A program made the position numbers and the translations under genes. A stretch of DNA of 63,951 bases, counting the filler, from Guillardia theta CCMP2712 (taxonomy: Eukaryota > Protista > Cryptophyta), in the NCBI RefSeq assembly GCF_000315625.1. It is 8 parts of 6 records of this genome, joined end to end, with 100 filler letters (N's around TTAATTAATTAA, not from the genome) between each part and the next. Parts side by side here need not be neighbours in the genome. Positions count along the whole stretch, not along the records: positions 1 to 25,904 come from NW_005434651.1; 7 more parts are not named here. The stretch is one strand, 5' to 3'. Positions 1-11,593 of the stretch are shown here, piece by piece. Each line of letters starts with the position of its first letter. Position 1 is the stretch's first letter. Under the pieces are notes generated by a model. That model ran no database searches. It had not been told where the DNA came from and worked only from the letters and a program-made list of their open reading frames with translations.

Positions 1-540
1 TCTCCCTCCGGCTCCTCTTCTGAAGTGCTTTCTTCCGGTCCCTAAATCCCCTCCCCTCCCCCTCCCCTCCCCTCCCCTCCCCTCCCCTCCCCTCCCCTCC
101 CCTCTCGTTCCTCTCATCGTCACCTTGGCTGCTACCAACGCAGCGACTTCCATGAAGCGACGGAAACTACTCCCGGATACTCACGGATACTCACGGATAC
201 TCGCGGATACTCGCGGATACTATGATACTAGCGGACACCTGGCCGGGCCGCACCGCGGCACCGTGCACTGATGGCAGCGCGGCCTCAGAGTCGGACCGTA
301 CGGTACTACCGTAGTAACGGCGGGGCCGACATTATGGCCGGCGGGCAGCCGGGCGGCCGGGTGCTTGTGACAGTGCCGGCCGCCACCTCGGATCGAACTA
401 GTCGACCCCCGGGGCAGCCCGAACTTACTGATCCGGGCCCACCGCCGGAGTGAAAGCCTCACCAGAGTCACACTGAAAGTGATCAGCGGTGAATTTTCAT
501 TACTGAACGGTAAAGCGGCACTGCGGTGGCACTTGACAGT

Positions 541-1961
541 AGGTGGGTCCGGTATACTGTTAAGTGTTAAATTTCTTCAGGCCTTATTTCACCGTCAACA
601 CTTACGACAAAACCTGAGTGTTCCGGTATACCGTTAACAGGATTCTAGCACATTTTCGAAATTTTTGTATATATTCAAAATTATTCATGAATATGTCAAA
701 TTTTGATATTTTCCCGCGCAATTGCTTCTGCTTCCGAATGGCGGAGCAAGAACTTGGAAACTTGCTATGGCGAGGTAGACAACCATGGAACTGTACAGGT
801 TAGTTCTACAGACCATCCCATAACCTCGGATATCACACGACAAGAGGGTATGTCTCCAACATGTGAAACACCATCCAATGCTGTCAAACCACGCACAAAC
901 GTTCCGAGTTCGGGCATCATCGTACACCTCTACTCCTCGTCTGAGCTTGAATGGAAATCCAGGCAAGCTGTTTGGCTCCAACAAGGAAAGAAAACGTACA
1001 CCGTGATGTTACAGACGCCCTCAACCAAGATCCTCTGTTCGATGGCTGTTTGAAGGAGAGTACTACGAGAGACAAGTTCCAAGATGCTGTGAAGGAGGCC
1101 AACTCCATCATACAAAAAGGCGAGAAGGGACACATCAAACGTGCTCAGAACGGCGGTGATGCAATGAGCGAAATCGATGAATTGTACTTACAACTTTCCC
1201 GTATGAAACGTCGCTGGGAACAGAAATGTAATCAACAACAGGCTATAGCAAACGCTGAGGAAGAGGATACCAATACTCGGTTCCAAGCAGTCATGAACAC
1301 AGTCCAGAAGCGGGTCAGCACGAATATGCCTCAGTTCGATTATGTAACAGTCGGGGAAAATGCTTCTGATGCCTTCAAGTCAGCAGACAGCGGAAGTCCA
1401 GGTACGTCGTCACAAATTTCAAGCGTTATCGCAGACGAAGCAGTGAATGAAGATGAACCAGACAAGGGTGAGGCTGTCTGTACTTCTTCACCGCCATCCC
1501 CTTCATCAGGACGAGGAAATCGCAGAGGTGAACGAGGGTCTGTGCGACGCAATTGAAGTACATGTGCGACGCAATTGAAGTACATGACAGATGAGTATTT
1601 GTAGAATCTTGTACGAAGTCTGCATGACAAAAACTTTCTCACGGTGATACAAGTGGGTACGTTTGACAGAAACACGGGGTGTATCGCGATGCAATGGCAT
1701 ACTTGTGGTGAGAGTGTCCCCTGTATGAGCACAGCACGCAGGAACGGGACGAGGGGCGGGGGGGGAGAAATTAAAATTGGGACTTTTAAATTTAACTAGC
1801 CGCGATGAATCCTGGACGGTGCTTATTTTGATCGGATTTGAAGTTTAAGACTTAACCCTTTACCGTGAAAGAGAATAAGAAAACCGTTGAAAAACGGTTA
1901 ATGGCTAACACTTAAAATTTGTACCAGAACCTTAAGTGTTAACTGTATACCGGACCCACCT
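541..1961. mobile_element. Non-autonomous PIF/Harbinger-like DNA transposon with TIRs
   Basis: Left end AGGTGGGTCCGGTATACTGTTAA matches the reverse complement of right end TTAACTGTATACCGGACCCACCT with 1 mismatch. AGT flanks both sides (538-540, 1962-1964), a 3-bp TSD; a TA TSD around 542..1960 is an alternative reading. The element carries a Myb/SANT-like ORF and no DDE transposase. Confidence 0.8.
951..1556 (+). CDS. Myb/SANT-like (trihelix) DNA-binding protein, transposon accessory ORF; 5' part possibly frameshifted
   Basis: VTDALNQDPLFDGCLKESTTRDKFQDAVKE...NGGDAMSEIDELYLQL followed by a coiled coil resembles Harbinger-associated Myb/SANT proteins. The ORF lies between the TIRs. Confidence 0.55.
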   Translation: MEIQASCLAPTRKENVHRDVTDALNQDPLFDGCLKESTTRDKFQDAVKEANSIIQKGEKGHIKRAQNGGDAMSEIDELYLQLSRMKRRWEQKCNQQQAIANAEEEDTNTRFQAVMNTVQKRVSTNMPQFDYVTVGENASDAFKSADSGSPGTSSQISSVIADEAVNEDEPDKGEAVCTSSPPSPSSGRGNRRGERGSVRRN

Positions 1962-2308
1962 AGTGCAACGCAGCGAAAGGGTCAGTGACAGGCTGAAAGT
2001 TTGTACTTGTCTGAGTGAGAGAACCGAATTAAGCGAAAAGCACTCTAGCTACTATCTGGCTGGCAGATAGAATTTCGAGGCTACAGCCCACTGAGCACTC
2101 AAGACTGCAGAGACCAGTGCGACTTTGTTGTGAGATTTAGAGATATGAGGCGCAAACACAGCTCTCATGGCCTTGATACACAAGGGAAACAGTCATTTGT
2201 GAGATTTCGCATTGGAATTTATGGACTAAAATAGACCCTGAGGGGCCCTGCGCAACTTCACGACATCTTTGGTTGACTTTCATGACGCGCCTGACGACAA
2301 GAGACAAC

Positions 2309-2752
2309 TTAGTGCTGCTCGTAGCTGACAGAGTTGCCGCTGGCAGTGTGCACGGTGTGGCCTCCGCGAACATTGTTGGCAGCAGTGTTGGCTCCGATGG
2401 TCTCAAAGGATCCAGCGATGCTGTGGTCGGTGATGTCGGCTCCACGGAGGTTGTCCATGGCGGTGGTGTCAGACCAGAAGGTGTTGATGGCGGCATAGTT
2501 GTTGTAGGCGCCCTGGTTGCTGCCGCTCATGCTGAAGGTTACAGCGCTCTCAGAGTCGGCCAACCAGGACTCAGCGACATTGGCGCTGGAGATGTTGGTG
2601 GCACCTGGTGCATGAATAAGGAATGGTGGGATGTTTGACAGGGGACACTCACCAAAGTAGATGCCATCAGTGTCGTAGGACGTGCCAACTCCGCAGGAGG
2701 CGCTTCCAACGCAGGAGGAGAGGGACTGAAAGTGAACGATGTCGTGGAACAT
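2309..2752 (-). CDS. Small Ser/Gly/Asn/Ala-rich protein of unknown function, ~131 aa after removing a 48-nt intron; copy 1
   Basis: Minus-strand frame has C-ending codon bias and a GTGAGT...CACCAG intron. Spliced product is MFHDIVHFQSLSSCVGSASCGVGTSYDTDGIYFG/ATNISS...SVSYEQH. Confidence 0.65.
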   Translation of the reverse strand: MFHDIVHFQSLSSCVGSASCGVGTSYDTDGIYFGECPLSNIPPFLIHAPGATNISSANVAESWLADSESAVTFSMSGSNQGAYNNYAAINTFWSDTTAMDNLRGADITDHSIAGSFETIGANTAANNVRGGHTVHTASGNSVSYEQH

Positions 2753-4294
2753 TTCTGAAAGAATTGTCAGTCAGGAAACCTTGAATTACATTCTTCGACA
2801 TCAACAAAAGGCTAGCTCTGTTGCCCACAAGCATTCACATCAATGGGATAACGAGCTATGACTTCACATCGCTACACTTGCACGCCACACTTGCATGCAA
2901 GCATTGCCGATTATCGCACCTCACCTGTTTGCTAAAATAGCCTTCAACCCCCTCCCCAACCCTTCTCCTTCCCCCCCCCACACCCTAACGGCCCTACCTT
3001 ACCTACCCTACCCTCTTCTCAATTCCCCTCCTCATCTTTGTTGTCACTACCCGTCCCTTTATCTGCTAGAATACCACTCTGACCCATATGATCAGCCTAC
3101 CGGTCGTAGGGCAATGGGTGGGGTCTCACTGAGTACTACGGTACCGTACTTTTATCATCAGGCTTTTGATCCCACCACCCATGGCCTAGTTCGTATCTAA
3201 CAGGCCCGACAACCGGCATCTCCTGAGTGGTGGACCCTTCCTCATTATAAACTCAAGGAATCAGGTAGAATTAGGGGTACAATGATGGTAGATCCCAGCG
3301 GAAGATGGCGTGATTCCGCAACTTCGAATCCGCCAACCCCACAAGCATGTGGCCAGTTGGCGAGATGTGAGAGGTATTTTTTGGAACTGTTATCAATTTT
3401 GATCTTCCAATAGCTTTGACAAGTTGAAGCATGTCACCTGAGATTGGCATGTTGAGCAATGCCTGACGATGGATGTGCACAGAATCTTGTAACTCAACAT
3501 GATCTACCAACAATTCCATATGTTCTATCATCAGATTTCATGCCCATGGTGAAGACTGCTGTGTCTATAAGACCAGCATGTCGAACCACTCTTTACGGTT
3601 GTAATATGATACCGTGATCATGCCTGATCATCGAGTCTCGCAAAGATGACAGACGAGAACATTCCTCCTCCCGCTGACAACAGGATGACAGACATGCCTG
3701 CTTGTGATGGGACTGGACTTCACCTGTGACATCATAATTCGATCATACTGATTTCGTCACCCCTCGTTCATGGTCTCCATGGCAAGCCTGGGCGTTGGCT
3801 TGATTGACCTGGCAGAGTCACCCCACAGATGTTTCGGCGTCCTCAGTCTCCGATTCCATGATATGATAAAGTCATCTCATTAGGCCTGGGTCCATCCTCG
3901 CTTTCATGCTCCGAAGTTCATGAAATCCAGAGCAGTACACAAGGGCAATGGGCGACAGCCTGCTCAAGATATTCTTCAGCCTCTGGTGTTGTCATTAAAG
4001 ATTCCTTTCCTGTGTACTGCAGTCTTTCGTGTCCAGGGTCGATATGGCACGAGCTGTCTGCGATGCAGAGCGGCATCGCGCATCATACCCACATGAGGGT
4101 GCAGGATATGGCAAGGGAACGCCCCCCTGGCCCACCCAAAACTCGCAACGGTTCTAGGCGGGTTCCTTACAAGGCGTAACCAGTAGCACCAAGTTGGTGC
4201 CCGAAATAGATTGCCGTTGGTGTATTGACTAAACATTTGTACCAAGGCACTTGCTGGATTCTCGTACTGATCTTTAACTGAACTTTGAGTAAAG

Positions 4295-5395
4295 ATGTCT
4301 TCCCAAAAACATCTGCTTCACACGCACTTGATGGAGCTGGGAATCTCGGCGTACACCTCCTTGGCGGAGCTTCCTCAGGCGTGCGACAATGGCTGGATGC
4401 CCTCGCCTGAATTATTTGGGACGTCTGGTAGTGTGCTCTTCATCCCCGCCCAGCGGGAGCTCACGGCTCAGTTCCTCTCGGAGTTTCCTCGGTTCCGCAG
4501 TATTCGAGCTAACCTTTCTGAGCGCCAGAGATCTTTGTTGGCACACCACTCCAGCTTCTCTACTCCCCTTCGAGTACCAGGCCACCCGGTTGATGAACTT
4601 CTGTCTCAGTTTACCTCTCAGCGAAGGATCTGGCACTCTCAATTATGGAAAGTACAAACCTTGGGATCTTTGAGCAGCAGCCCATCAGCTTGGTGGCTGC
4701 CGCTGACAAGTTTCTTCGTGGATTGCCGGTTGACCTCCCGCCGCAAAGCGATAAATGCAACCATCTTCTCCATCATCCTGGGGGGACCACCCACATGGCG
4801 ACCTGCAGGCACTGCAGCCCGTTATGGACTGATGCGCATGAGAAGTGCAATGCCGTCCTCAGTACCCTCATCAAAGATTCAGATGTGAGGTGCCGCGTCC
4901 ACGTGCAAGGCGTACCCGGCACCAGGCAGAACGTTTCCCAACATGGCCCTGAATATCGTCATGTAGGGGACTTTGAACTTCCACAACTGATGGCTACTGG
5001 CGGCGGATGGCATGGGTTAATGCTGGACTTCAGCATGTCACATGTTTTTGTCAATGATGGAATACCGGACCTCGCTCGGAGCAAACTGCAAGGAGCAGCA
5101 CAGAGGAAGATCCGAGGGCATCGTAATGCATATGCTCAGCACGTCCCGCCTTCCCATCATCGCCAGCACTGATGGACTCTTGCAGGATGATGCGTTGCGC
5201 TTTCTGTGGCGGCTGGCGGATCGCTCGGCGAACAAGGAAACGGCAGCGCTGGATGGTCTCTCGGCCTCGCAAGACGTCTCAGATGATCCGACTTGCAAAC
5301 GCATCGGGTCCAGGATCTTTCGTCAGCTCAAGGCCTCCCTGTCGTTCGCTTCCATCATCGCGGGTGCAACTTCAGCACTGATCGGCCCACCGTGA
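4295..5395 (+). pseudogene. Frameshifted 3' part of an RLE-type (CRE-like) non-LTR retrotransposon, copy 1
   Basis: Zn-knuckle-like C...H...C followed by AHE, then VGD...LMLDFSMSH...AAQRKIRGH...LPIIASTDG. This is the restriction-like endonuclease motif order, split across frames. Confidence 0.75.
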
Positions 5396-5775
5396 GTAAA
5401 AGCCTCACCGCAGTGAGTCATTCAAAGCGGTTAATTTTGACATAGCGAAAGGGTCAGTGACAGGCTGAAAGTTTGTACTTGTCTGAGTCTCGCAACGTGA
5501 GAGTACCGAATTAAGCGAAAAGCACTCTAGCTACTCTCTGGCAGATAGAGTTTCGAGGCTACAGCCCACTGAGCACTCAAGACTGCAGAGACCAGTGCGA
5601 CTTCGTTGTGAGAGGGGCGCAAACACAGCTCTCATGGCCTTGATACACAAGGGAAACAGTCATTTGTGAGATTTCGCATTGGAATTTATGGACTAAAATA
5701 GACCCTGAGGGGCCCTGCGCAACTTCACGACATCTTTGGTTGACTTTCATGACGCGCCTGACGACAAGAGACAAC

Positions 5776-6219
5776 TTAGTGCTGCTCGTAGCTGACAGAG
5801 TTGCCGCTGGCAGTGTGCACGGTGTGGCCTCCGCGAACATTGTTGGCAGCAGTGTTGGCTCCGATGGTCTCAAAGGATCCAGCGATGCTGTGGTCGGTGA
5901 TGTCGGCTCCACGGAGGTTGTCCATGGCGGTGGTGTCAGACCAGAAGGTGTTGATGGCGGCATAGTTGTTGTAGGCGCCCTGGTTGCTGCCGCTCATGCT
6001 GAAGGTTACAGCGCTCTCAGAGTCGGCCAACCAGGACTCAGCGACATTGGCGCTGGAGATGTTGGTGGCACCTGGTGCATGAATAAGGAATGGTGGGATG
6101 TTTGACAGGGGACACTCACCAAAGTAGATGCCATCAGTGTCGTAGGACGTGCCAACTCCGCAGGAGGCGCTTCCAACGCAGGAGGAGAGGGACTGAAAGT
6201 GAACGATGTCGTGGAACAT
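5776..6219 (-). CDS. Same small protein, copy 2
   Basis: Translation identical to copy 1. Confidence 0.65.
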   Translation of the reverse strand: MFHDIVHFQSLSSCVGSASCGVGTSYDTDGIYFGECPLSNIPPFLIHAPGATNISSANVAESWLADSESAVTFSMSGSNQGAYNNYAAINTFWSDTTAMDNLRGADITDHSIAGSFETIGANTAANNVRGGHTVHTASGNSVSYEQH

Positions 6220-7761
6220 TTCTGAAAGAATTGTCAGTCAGGAAACCTTGAATTACATTCTTCGACATCAACAAAAGGCTAGCTCTGTTGCCCACAAGCA
6301 TTCACATCAATGGGATAACGAGCTATGACTTCACATCGCTACACTTGCACGCCACACTTGCATGCAAGCATTGCCGATTATCGCACCTCACCTGTTTGCT
6401 AAAATAGCCTTCAACCCCCTCCCCAACCCTTCTCCTTCCCCCCCCCACACCCTAACGGCCCTACCTTACCTACCCTACCCTCTTCTCAATTCCCCTCCTC
6501 ATCTTTGTTGTCACTACCCGTCCCTTTATCTGCTAGAATACCACTCTGACCCATATGATCAGCCTACCGGTCGTAGGGCAATGGGTGGGGTCTCACTGAG
6601 TACTACGGTACCGTACTTTTATCATCAGGCTTTTGATCCCACCACCCATGGCCTAGTTCGTATCTAACAGGCCCGACAACCGGCATCTCCTGAGTGGTGG
6701 ACCCTTCCTCATTATAAACTCAAGGAATCAGGTAGAATTAGGGGTACAATGATGGTAGATCCCAGCGGAAGATGGCGTGATTCCGCAACTTCGAATCCGC
6801 CAACCCCACAAGCATGTGGCCAGTTGGCGAGATGTGAGAGGTATTTTTTGGAACTGTTATCAATTTTGATCTTCCAATAGCTTTGACAAGTTGAAGCATG
6901 TCACCTGAGATTGGCATGTTGAGCAATGCCTGACGATGGATGTGCACAGAATCTTGTAACTCAACATGATCTACCAACAATTCCATATGTTCTATCATCA
7001 GATTTCATGCCCATGGTGAAGACTGCTGTGTCTATAAGACCAGCATGTCGAACCACTCTTTACGGTTGTAATATGATACCATGATCATGCCTGATCATCG
7101 AGTCTCGCAAAGATGACAGACGAGAACATTCCTCCTCCCGCTGACAACAGGATGACAGACATGCCTGCTTGTGATGGGACTGGACTTCACCTGTGACATC
7201 ATAATTCGATCATACTGATTTCGTCACCCCTCGTTCATGGTCTCCATGGCAAGCCTGGGCGTTGGCTTGATTGACCTGGCAGACTCACCCCACAGATGTT
7301 TCGGCGTCCTCAGTCTCCGATTCCATGATATGATAAAGTCATCTCATTAGGCCTGGGTCCATCCTCGCTTTCATGCTCCGAAGTTCATGAAATCCAGAGC
7401 AGTACACAAGGGCAATGGGCGACAGCCTGCTCAAGATATTCTTCAGCCTCTGGTGTTGTCATTAAAGATTCCTTTCCTGTGTACTGCAGTCTTTCGTGTC
7501 CAGGGTCGATATGGCACGAGCTGTCTGCGATGCAGAGCGGCATCGCGCATCATACCCACATGAGGGTGCAGGATATGGCAAGGGAACGCCCCCCTGGCCC
7601 ACCCAAAACTCGCAACGGTTCTAGGCGGGTTCCTTACGAGGCGTAACCAGTAGCACCAAGTTGGTGCCCGAAATAGATTGCCGTTGGTGTATTGACTAAA
7701 CATTTGTACCAAGGCACTTGCTGGATTCTCGTACTGATCTTTAACTGAACTTTGAGTAAAG

Positions 7762-8861
7762 ATGTCTTCCCAAAAACATCTGCTTCACACGCACTTGATG
7801 GAGCTGGGAATCTCGGCGTACACCTCCTTGGCGGAGCTTCCTCAGGCGTGCGACAATGGCTGGATGCCCTCGCCTGAATTATTTGGGACGTCTGGTAGTG
7901 TGCTCTTCATCCCCGCCCAGCGGGAGCTCACGGCTCAGTTCCTCTCGGAGTTTCCTCGTTCTGCAGTATTCGAGCTAACCTTTCTGAGCGCCAGAGATCT
8001 TTGTTGGCACACCACTCCAGCTTCTCTACTCCCCTTCGAGTACCAGGCCACCCGGTTGATGAACTTCTGTCTCAGTTTACCTCTCAGCGAAGGATCTGGC
8101 ACTCTCAATTATGGAAAGTGCAAAACTTGGGATCTTTGAGCAGCAGCCCATCAGCTTGGTGGCTGCCGCTGACAAGTTTCTTCGTGGATTGCCGGTTGAC
8201 CTCCCGCCGCAAAGCGATAAATGCAACCATCTTCTCCATCATCCTGGGGGGACCACCCACATGGCGACCTGCAGGCACTGCAGCCCGTTATGGACTGATG
8301 CGCATGAGAAGTGCAATGCCGTCCTCAGTACCCTCATCAAAGATTCAGATGTGAGGTGCCGCGTCCACGTGCAAGGCGTACCCGGCACCAGGCAGAACGT
8401 TTCCCAACATGGCCCTGAATATCGTCATGTAGGGGACTTTGAACTTCCGCAATTGCAGGCTACTGGAGGCGGATGGCATGGGTTAATCCTGGACTTCAGC
8501 ATGTCACATGTTTTTGTCAATGATGGAATACCGGACCTCGCTCGGAGCAAACTGCAAGGAGCAGCACAGAGGAAGATCCGAGGGCATCGTAATGCATATG
8601 CTCAGCACGTCCCGCCTTCCCATCATCGCCAGCACTGATGGACTCTTGCAGGATGATGCGTTGCGCTTTCTGTGGCGCTGGCCGGATCGCTCGGCGAACA
8701 AGGAAGCGGCAGCGCTGGATGGTCTCTCGGCCTCGCAAGACGTCTCAAGTAATCCGACTTGCAAACGCATCGGGTCCAGGATCTTTCGTCAGCTCAAGGC
8801 CTCCCTATCGTTCGCTTCCATCATCGCGGGTGCAACTTCAGCACTGATCGGCCCACCGTGA
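7762..8861 (+). pseudogene. Frameshifted RLE-type non-LTR retrotransposon fragment, copy 2
   Basis: Near-identical to copy 1, with one extra 1-bp deletion near 7958. Confidence 0.75.
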
Positions 8862-9241
8862 GTAAAAGCCTCACCGCAGTGAGTCATTCAAAGCGGTTAA
8901 TTTTGACATAGCGAAAGGGTCAGTGACAGGCTGAAAGTTTGTACTTGTCTGAGTCTCGCAACGTTAGAGTACCGAATTAAGCGAAAAGCACTCTAGCTAC
9001 TCTCTGGCAGATAGAGTTTCGAGGCTACAGCCCACTGAGCACTCAAGACTGCAGAGACCAGTGCGACTTCGTTGTGAGAGGGGCGCAAACACAGCTCTCA
9101 TGGCCTTGATACACAAGGGAAACAGTCATTTGTGAGATTTCGCATTGGAATTTATGGACTAAAATAGACCCTGAGGGGCCCTGCGCAACTTCACGACATC
9201 TTTGGTTGACTTTCATGACGCGCCTGACGACAAGAGACAAC

Positions 9242-9685
9242 TTAGTGCTGCTCGTAGCTGACAGAGTTGCCGCTGGCAGTGTGCACGGTGTGGCCTCCGC
9301 GAACATTGTTGGCAGCAGTGTTGGCTCCGATGGTCTCAAAGGATCCAGCGATGCTGTGGTCGGTGATGTCGGCTCCACGGAGGTTGTCCATGGCGGTGGT
9401 GTCAGACCAGAAGGTGTTGATGGCGGCATAGTTGTTGTAGGCGCCCTGGTTGCTGCCGCTCATGCTGAAGGTTACAGCGCTCTCAGAGTCGGCCAACCAG
9501 GACTCAGCGACATTGGCGCTGGAGATGTTGGTGGCACCTGGTGCATGAATAAGGAATGGTGGGATGTTTTACAGGGGACACTCACCAAAGTAGATGCCAT
9601 CAGTGTCGTAGGACGTGCCAACTCCGCAGGAGGCGCTTCCAACGCAGGAGGAGAGGGACTGAAAGTGAACGATGTCGTGGAACAT
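9242..9685 (-). CDS. Same small protein, copy 3
   Basis: Exons match copies 1 and 2. The in-frame TAA that shortens the raw ORF falls inside the predicted intron, which supports splicing. Confidence 0.65.
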
Positions 9686-11593
9686 TTCTGAAAGAATTGT
9701 CAGTCAGGAAACCTTGAATTACATTCTTCGACATCAACACAAGTACAACGATATGCTAACTATCAAAAATCTGAGTTCGTAGAAGTTGTTCTTCAGACAT
9801 GTACAACCTCAAGGCTAGCTCTTCAAGCTCACGGATGCACAAACTTGCACAGAGCCCTTCTACTTCGCGTGATCCATGCCACTCAGTTGCCCACACGCAT
9901 TCACATCAATGGGATAATGAGCTATGACTTCACATCGCAACACATGCACGCCACACTTGCACGCCAAGCATGCCGATCATCGCACCTGTTGCTGAGGACA
10001 ATCCGCGGACAACTCGAATAAAAAGCCTTCAACCCTCCCCCACCCCCCACCCCCCACCCCCCACCCCCCCCGACTGCTGTCCCAACCTACCTCTTCCCAA
10101 TTCCTTGATATTGTCACCTCCTCATCGTTTTTGTGACTACCCGTCCTTTTATCTGCTAGAATACCCCTCCGACACATGTGATCAGCCTACCGGTCGTGCG
10201 CCGCACGGTCAATGGGTGGGGTCCGGGCCCACTGAGTACCGTACCTATTCACAGGCTCTTTGACCCCACCACCCATGGCCTAGTTCGTATCTAAACAAGC
10301 CCGACAACCGGCATCTCCCTGGGTGATAGACCCCACCTCATTATAAACTCAAGGAATCAGGTAGAGTTAGGGGTACAATGATGGTAGATCCCAGCGGAAG
10401 ATGGCGTGACTCCGCAAATAGATCGAGCAGTCACTAAAAAAAGAAGACTAATAATTCCACCGGCAAGGAAGTACTGTGATAGTTCAAGTAACTAAACTTT
10501 GATTGTCCTCGTACTGATTTTTAACTTAACTTTGAGTAAAGGGCTCCGAAACTTTGAGTAACTCATACAAGTTACAATTTTAAGTTTGGGGGCAGCAGTA
10601 CCAGCTAGTGGGCCGGATAAGGGTTGACTGGTCACCAAGTTCGAGTCAGTTCTCACGCGGCCGCTGTCCGAAGTTTCAGAGTCTCTCAGACTCGCCGTCA
10701 GTACTCAGGCTCACGCCTGGCCCCTTAACTTTGAGTAAAGGGCCCAGCGGCGGGGCGGCGGGGCCCGCCCCCGGGGGACTGACTCGGACTCAGCGCTCGG
10801 ATCCGAACTCCGGGGCCGGGGCCAGTCCGACGGGCCGGTTGAACTCACGGACGGTCGCCGAAAGTTTCGCGGCATTTTCAAACGGGTTTGTAACGGATTC
10901 TGATGTGCTCGATTTTGAATGTTGGCGCGGCAGGTGAATCGATCCGTCGAGTCGCATCTTTATTACCCACCGTCCCTGAAATCTCCTCTCCCTCCACAAT
11001 GAACCCTTCTTTTCTCAAGAAATTGGTTGTAAAGTTGAGGGTAGGGTACTATACCCCACCCACAAGATATCTTCCTGCAGGATGCGCCTCAACATCGCCA
11101 CCCCTGCTTGGTTTGACCAGAAGTACCCCCCACGACAACACAAGAGGAATGCCCTACCCCCCTAAACCTCCGCTCTGGTGTACCTTGAGGGTTATCTTCG
11201 CTATGTTCTATCAAATTTCTCGATGCTGCAATAGGAAAAATGTTCAGGCTAGGGGATACTTATTACCTGATCATTACCCCTACCTATATGTCGAATGCCA
11301 GAGTCATATACTACCCCAGCATCAACACACCCCTACCTAATTTTCAAGGCCTTCAATCGTTTTGACCAGCGGGACACCGTGCCCCAGAAACTGAACATTT
11401 GAATTCGTGAGAAGTTCTAGAATCAGGTTTCTCAGATGATGAAACTTGCTCCTGGGAATTCTTACAATGTTAAAGACTAATATTTGAAACTAGAACGAGA
11501 AAATTCGAATTAGTTGAAACCTTAGCGGATTCATAAGAAGAGCTTTTGCAGGGCCTTTAAAGAACTTCTCGAGGAGACTTCGACAAACTCAAA

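Larger units (their letters stand above)
1970..10545. repeat. Tandem array of a ~3467-bp unit: two full copies and a diverged partial third
   Basis: Near-identical ORFs recur at offsets of +3467 and +3466 (e.g. 2309/5776/9242; 4645/8111). Confidence 0.97.

Noticed and set aside
175-228. 10-bp GGATACTC(A/G)C repeat, ~5 copies; similar 13-bp repeat at 45100-45147
   Set aside because: Short slippage repeats with no further support for function.
541-1961. Possible Fanzor/TnpB locus
   Set aside because: No RuvC or Zn-ribbon motifs seen here or elsewhere in the window.
2273-2638. Plus-strand Val/Gly-rich ORF in each array unit
   Set aside because: Antisense shadow; codon bias and the intron support the minus strand.
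3271-4290. Possible decayed RT domain upstream of the RLE fragment
   Set aside because: Only faint motif echoes and no YxDD; a translated profile search is needed.
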